Origin: an uncultured delta proteobacterium
GTDB lineage: Bacteria > Desulfobacterota > Binatia > UBA9968
Assembly: GCA_963840855.1 (NCBI GenBank)
Contig: CAWJBB010000034.1
Coordinates: 1 to 64,000, forward strand
Length of the DNA stretch: 64,000 bases
Direction: 5' to 3'
Part shown: piece by piece, positions 60,052 to 64,000 of the stretch
Layout of the letters: every line of letters begins with the position of its first letter
How positions within the stretch are numbered: the stretch's first letter is position 1
Notes under the pieces: generated by a model
Told to the model about the DNA's origin: nothing
The model's database searches: none
What the model saw: the letters and a program-made list of their open reading frames with translations, nothing else
Program-made: the position numbers and the translations under genes

Positions 60052-61656
60052 CTAGCGAACACGCCAGCTCTTATCGACGTAGCGCTGACTTCCAACGTTG
60101 GTTACCTGGATTGTCGCCCTGTACCCCGTAGTTGTCTCTGTCGTGAATGCCCGGGTTTCTATTGGGATCTGTTCTTCGTCCGGCCCGCCATTCAGAGCCT
60201 CCACAAGGACGCGACCATCGAGGCCTTTGGTGTCGGTGATGCCGTTGAGAGCCAAGAGTGTCGGAGTGAGGTCTACGTTGCCGGCTGGGACCCGCAGCGT
60301 GATACCGCGCTTAAAATCGACGCCCCACGCAATAAATGTGTTGCGCACGCTCCACGGGCTCATGCTCCCGTGGCCGCTGGCGGAGCCGCTGAGCGGTCCG
60401 GTAACCGCGTCGGTATTTGTGAAGTTGCTTCCCTGTACGCCGAAAGCATTCCTCGCCGAGCTCCAGGGGAAAGTAAGCACGATGTCAGGTCCGCGCTCGG
60501 CGTGGAACATGTGGATCAACTCGAGAGAAAAAGTGCCGTCGACCCAGCCGCGAACTTTCTCTTGATCTGGCTGACGTGCTGCTGTAAACACCACACCGGT
60601 CCAACTCTGCGACTGCAAAAAACTCACGGTTTGCTTGATCCGCTCCGGGTCACGCCCCTTGACGTGCACTAGAACAGCTTGGCCGCTGGAGGCAATGACG
60701 ACGTCGTCGGAATCCGGGTTCGCCTTGAGCCCCGCCTTAATCAGCTCTTGGGCAATGTTGACCCCAAAGACGTTGAGCCCGAAGCCATGATCCGAGACGA
60801 CAAAGATATTAGTACGGTCCCCGAGACCTACCTCTTGTAGTTTCTTGAGGATGAGGCCAATCTGCCGGTCAGCGTTCTGGATGCTGCGTCGGGCCTCGGG
60901 GGATCCGGCGCCGAACGTGTGCTGCATTTGATCGGGCTCCGCGATCCAGTTCAGCACCACGTCGGGCTGTAATCCCGGGATCACGTACTCTCGGAGCACT
61001 TCTTGGGTCCAATTCACCGAAGTGTCGAACGGGTCCTTCTGCCCTCCTTTGCGTGGGGCTGGACCAAAGCGGGAGAGAACCTCACTGTTGACGTTTGGCG
61101 GATACCCAACAAGTGCACCCGGCTCAAGGTAACCATTAACAAGGATGCCGACCCCTTTAGGGGCCCGTGGATTAAGTAATAGAGTTTGACCGGATGAGCG
61201 AGAGCTTACGGCCGCCAGCTTCATGCCGCGCGCATGAAGCAGTTCCCCAAGACTCTTCACCAGCAGCATGTTTCCGCCAGTCACGTCGTCGAGCTTGAAA
61301 AGGTTTTTGTAATCATTGATGTCGAAGGCTCGGTTGGGGTTGACCTTCGGCACGTACAAATTATTGCCGACGATGCCATTTGTGCCCGGGTATGTGCCTG
61401 TCGCAATAGCCGCCGCGTTAACGCGGGTCACCGTGGGAAATACAGAATGCCCGTTCAAGTAATTAACGCCCTCTTGGCGAAGTCTGAAGAGGGATGGTGT
61501 GTCGTCGAGGTTGATCGAATCCGGACGAAGTCCATCCAGAATGAAGACCAAATTGAGGCGCGCTTTCCCTGGAACTGGTTGCGCCGCATCGGACGCGACG
61601 ACGGCCAGGAATGACGCCACCAAAGCGACTAGAAACTTTGTGATCATTCTTGTCAC
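60052..61656 (-). CDS. Alkaline phosphatase superfamily (nucleotide pyrophosphatase/phosphodiesterase-like)
   Basis: Signal peptide, DGLRPD, PTVTRVN, EPD..QH, SDHG, GHGS. Confidence 0.88.
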   Translation of the reverse strand: MTRMITKFLVALVASFLAVVASDAAQPVPGKARLNLVFILDGLRPDSINLDDTPSLFRLRQEGVNYLNGHSVFPTVTRVNAAAIATGTYPGTNGIVGNNLYVPKVNPNRAFDINDYKNLFKLDDVTGGNMLLVKSLGELLHARGMKLAAVSSRSSGQTLLLNPRAPKGVGILVNGYLEPGALVGYPPNVNSEVLSRFGPAPRKGGQKDPFDTSVNWTQEVLREYVIPGLQPDVVLNWIAEPDQMQHTFGAGSPEARRSIQNADRQIGLILKKLQEVGLGDRTNIFVVSDHGFGLNVFGVNIAQELIKAGLKANPDSDDVVIASSGQAVLVHVKGRDPERIKQTVSFLQSQSWTGVVFTAARQPDQEKVRGWVDGTFSLELIHMFHAERGPDIVLTFPWSSARNAFGVQGSNFTNTDAVTGPLSGSASGHGSMSPWSVRNTFIAWGVDFKRGITLRVPAGNVDLTPTLLALNGITDTKGLDGRVLVEALNGGPDEEQIPIETRAFTTETTTGYRATIQVTNVGSQRYVDKSWRVR

Positions 61657-61718
61657 CTCAACCCTACGACCCTAAAAAACCCCTATCACTGCAATTGCGC
61701 GGCGCGGTTCGAAGATGC

Positions 61719-62762
61719 CTAACAGCCGCGAACACATTTCGCGCTGCCATCAAACTCCATCGTTTTCCCACTCAAGGGCAAGTGCACCGGCCGGCCTTTG
61801 ACCAACTCCGTAAACTGTTTGGCTCGGGTATTGGGATTGACGCGGCCATCCTTGGTCGCCGCTTCATTGGTATGGGAGACGATCACCGCCAGCGGCTGGA
61901 TCAGCTCGTTGATGGCAAAGGCGGCTTCCTCCGGCTGCATGCTTGAAGGCGCGACATTAATGACTGCAAGATTCGCCTTGTAGAAGCCATTGATGATTGT
62001 CTTCATATCGCCGGACAACGCGTTGTCGCCGGTGAGATAGACTCTCAAGCCGTTGGTGAACGCGACTACGTAGCCCACCGCATTGCCGACGTAAACCGAC
62101 AGGGAATCAGCGGCCATGTTAGCCTTTGCGGGATCCGATAGCAGCTCACTCGCCACGTAATTGCTGTGGTCGGCTCTGACCATCGATATCTGCACGCCTT
62201 GGGCAGCGCCGGAGAATTTGAAAGTTCTTTTTCCGCCAATGTGCATGTTTCCCCGGCAAGGCGCAGACAGCGGCACCGTGGTCTCTCGGGCAAGACCCGT
62301 TTCGGCACACGCCGAGACCTCCTTGCCGCGGATCGCCTGAATCTTCTTGATGAGAAACGCATCGATGGGCGGGATGACTACCAGCGCCGAGTTTTTCGCG
62401 GCCGCGATTTCCGCGGTGTTTGAGTTAGGAGCGGCGCTGACGGTTTTGGGCCGTTCGCAGGTGCCGGAATTCATCTCGGGAATTTTACTGCCGCCGATGT
62501 GGTCGTTGTGTGCGTGACTGAGCAACACCGCATGAACATCGCCGAGGCGAGGGTCCGTGCCTCCGGCAATTGTGGCGCCGGCATCGTAAAGAATCCTAAC
62601 GCCCGTCGGATCTTCAAAAAGAAAAGCCCGATCAGCCGAACAGAATTCGCCGTCGTGGGAGCCCAAGGGGGTAATTTTCACGCTCTGCGCTGAAACAAAA
62701 GCCGGCGCCAGGTTCAAGGCCAAGATGATCGCGGCGAAACTCGACAACAGGTACTGTCTCAT
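61719..62762 (-). CDS. Exported MBL-fold metallo-hydrolase
   Basis: Signal peptide, SHAHNDH, ADHS, TGD, SH. Confidence 0.85.
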   Translation of the reverse strand: MRQYLLSSFAAIILALNLAPAFVSAQSVKITPLGSHDGEFCSADRAFLFEDPTGVRILYDAGATIAGGTDPRLGDVHAVLLSHAHNDHIGGSKIPEMNSGTCERPKTVSAAPNSNTAEIAAAKNSALVVIPPIDAFLIKKIQAIRGKEVSACAETGLARETTVPLSAPCRGNMHIGGKRTFKFSGAAQGVQISMVRADHSNYVASELLSDPAKANMAADSLSVYVGNAVGYVVAFTNGLRVYLTGDNALSGDMKTIINGFYKANLAVINVAPSSMQPEEAAFAINELIQPLAVIVSHTNEAATKDGRVNPNTRAKQFTELVKGRPVHLPLSGKTMEFDGSAKCVRGC

Positions 62763-62853
62763 AGCCGACTCCTTATAATCGGATATTCCTCCGTCCTGAA
62801 AGCGCCCAGGTTAGACTTGCATAGATCAACAAAGCGACCACGCGGCGCGTGCA

Positions 62854-62943
62854 GTTCAACGTTCAATGATAAAATTTGGCATCGTCCTTATGCGCTTCAC
62901 GAATCATCGGAACACGTTGAACATTGAACCTTGAACTTTGAAC
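62854..62943. repeat. Heptamer (GTTCAAN)n inverted-repeat element, copy 3
   Basis: GTTCAACGTTCAAT ... TTGAACATTGAACCTTGAACTTTGAAC. Confidence 0.75.
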
Positions 62944-62953
62944 CCGTAAGTTT

Positions 62954-64000
62954 TCATTCGCCCCGCGGCGGCCGAAACACCGCGAAGACCTTATCGGAGT
63001 TTGTGATCCATGATTCCAAAAACACCGCTTCGTCCGGCTTCCGTTTGAGCTCAGCCATCGCGCCCGCCAGGCAAAACCAATTGAGCAGCTCGTGATGGCC
63101 GCGGTCTTCCGCCTGCGCCAATGTCGTATCGCGCCAGGTATCCCACTCGCCCGCGCGGAGCGCATTAAAGTAGCGCTGATCCGACTCGATGTCCGGGTAC
63201 ATGCGACCATGCTTCGCCGTGAGAAAGGAATGCGACCAACTCGAAGAGGCTACCAACGCCACTTTCCACGGACTTCCGGCAAAAGCGCGCGCTGTCGCCG
63301 CGCCGATCTGGAAACAGCGCCACGGTTGCGGCCCCGGCGGATCTTCATTGCCTTCGAAACTTCTCGCTTTCGACGGCGTCGGCGGGATACCTTCACTAGC
63401 GGTCAGGTAGCGGCCGTAAGCGTTGGTCGTAAACGGCACGAGCGGATACGGAAACCCCTGGCGGTCCCAGTCGAGAAACAGCACGGTATTGGCAAACGCG
63501 TGCCCTAAGCCGGCGTGCAGCGGCTTGTACGCGTAGGCGATGTCGAAGCCTTCATTGAGCAAAAACGACGCGAGATGCTTGCCGCCCTGGCGGTGCCCAC
63601 GAATGGAAAAACTTTTCTCCTTCGGCTCGTTCCAAGAATTGACCCCGCGCTGACTTTGCAGCCAGGGTTGGAACTCGACGGCGTCGTACGCAAGAACCGA
63701 AAACGGCGGCACGCAATCTTCGCGGTAATTCTCGAATTGATCGTCTCCCCAGATGACACAGAAATCCGGGCGGAATTCGTCCAGCGCCCGGCGCGCCATG
63801 CGAAAGCCGTCGATCATCGCTTGACGATGCGCGTCGGAATGCGCCTGCCCGTCGTCCGCTGCCCATTGCCGGCGCATCGGCTCCGGCCAATTTTCGAGGG
63901 AGCGCAGATGCTCGGGCAGCGCCGGATCCGCCAAACACATCTTGATACGGCGGCAGAGATTTCCCTGCGCCGTAAGACCGGGATAATGAGTGACGCCAAG
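62954..64000 (-). CDS. Extradiol ring-cleavage dioxygenase, LigB/MhpB-like (5' partial)
   Basis: Frame open to the window edge: LGVTHYP, WGDDQFENY, GHAF, ASSSWSH, E.LNW. Confidence 0.8.
   Translation of the reverse strand, partial: LGVTHYPGLTAQGNLCRRIKMCLADPALPEHLRSLENWPEPMRRQWAADDGQAHSDAHRQAMIDGFRMARRALDEFRPDFCVIWGDDQFENYREDCVPPFSVLAYDAVEFQPWLQSQRGVNSWNEPKEKSFSIRGHRQGGKHLASFLLNEGFDIAYAYKPLHAGLGHAFANTVLFLDWDRQGFPYPLVPFTTNAYGRYLTASEGIPPTPSKARSFEGNEDPPGPQPWRCFQIGAATARAFAGSPWKVALVASSSWSHSFLTAKHGRMYPDIESDQRYFNALRAGEWDTWRDTTLAQAEDRGHHELLNWFCLAGAMAELKRKPDEAVFLESWITNSDKVFAVFRPPRGE

Noticed and set aside
14318-62943. GTTCAA/TTGAAC repeats as a CRISPR array
   Set aside because: Units are 7-9 bp, tandem and inverted, with no regular unique spacers and no cas genes

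Overview
GC-rich bacterial chromosome segment. The gene content and repeat style suggest a Deltaproteobacteria-like or Candidatus Binatia genome (inference). About 6.6-25 kb is housekeeping on the minus strand, except rpsT: hppA, tatC, rpsT, lptE, leuS, nusB, ribH, ribBA, ribE, ribD, nrdR, glyA, rpiB, acpP, fabG, fabD, plsX, rpmF, yceD. The holA, fabH and fabF genes are missing from their usual positions, and the RibB half of RibBA has lost its catalytic residues. The flanks are accessory catabolic and transport DNA: an ABC transporter whose ATPase is only a relic, a hydantoinase/oxoprolinase + nitroreductase + metal-less M24 cluster and a second nitroreductase-hyuB module, two toxin-antitoxin loci, two exported monoheme beta-propeller paralogs, and several hydrolases. 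The strongest new signal is an unannotated selenoprotein at 47012-47785 (glutaredoxin UxxC fused to a DinB domain, with in-frame TGA and a SECIS-like hairpin). It ends an apparent operon with a signal-less TAXI/PBP-fold protein and an atypical Zn-dehydrogenase. Intergenic DNA holds several dispersed repeat families, including a 176-bp CTAG-ended MITE carrying a palindromic core, and nested elements. No rRNA, tRNA, CRISPR array or intact transposase was seen. All family assignments come from motif recognition by eye, not database searches.
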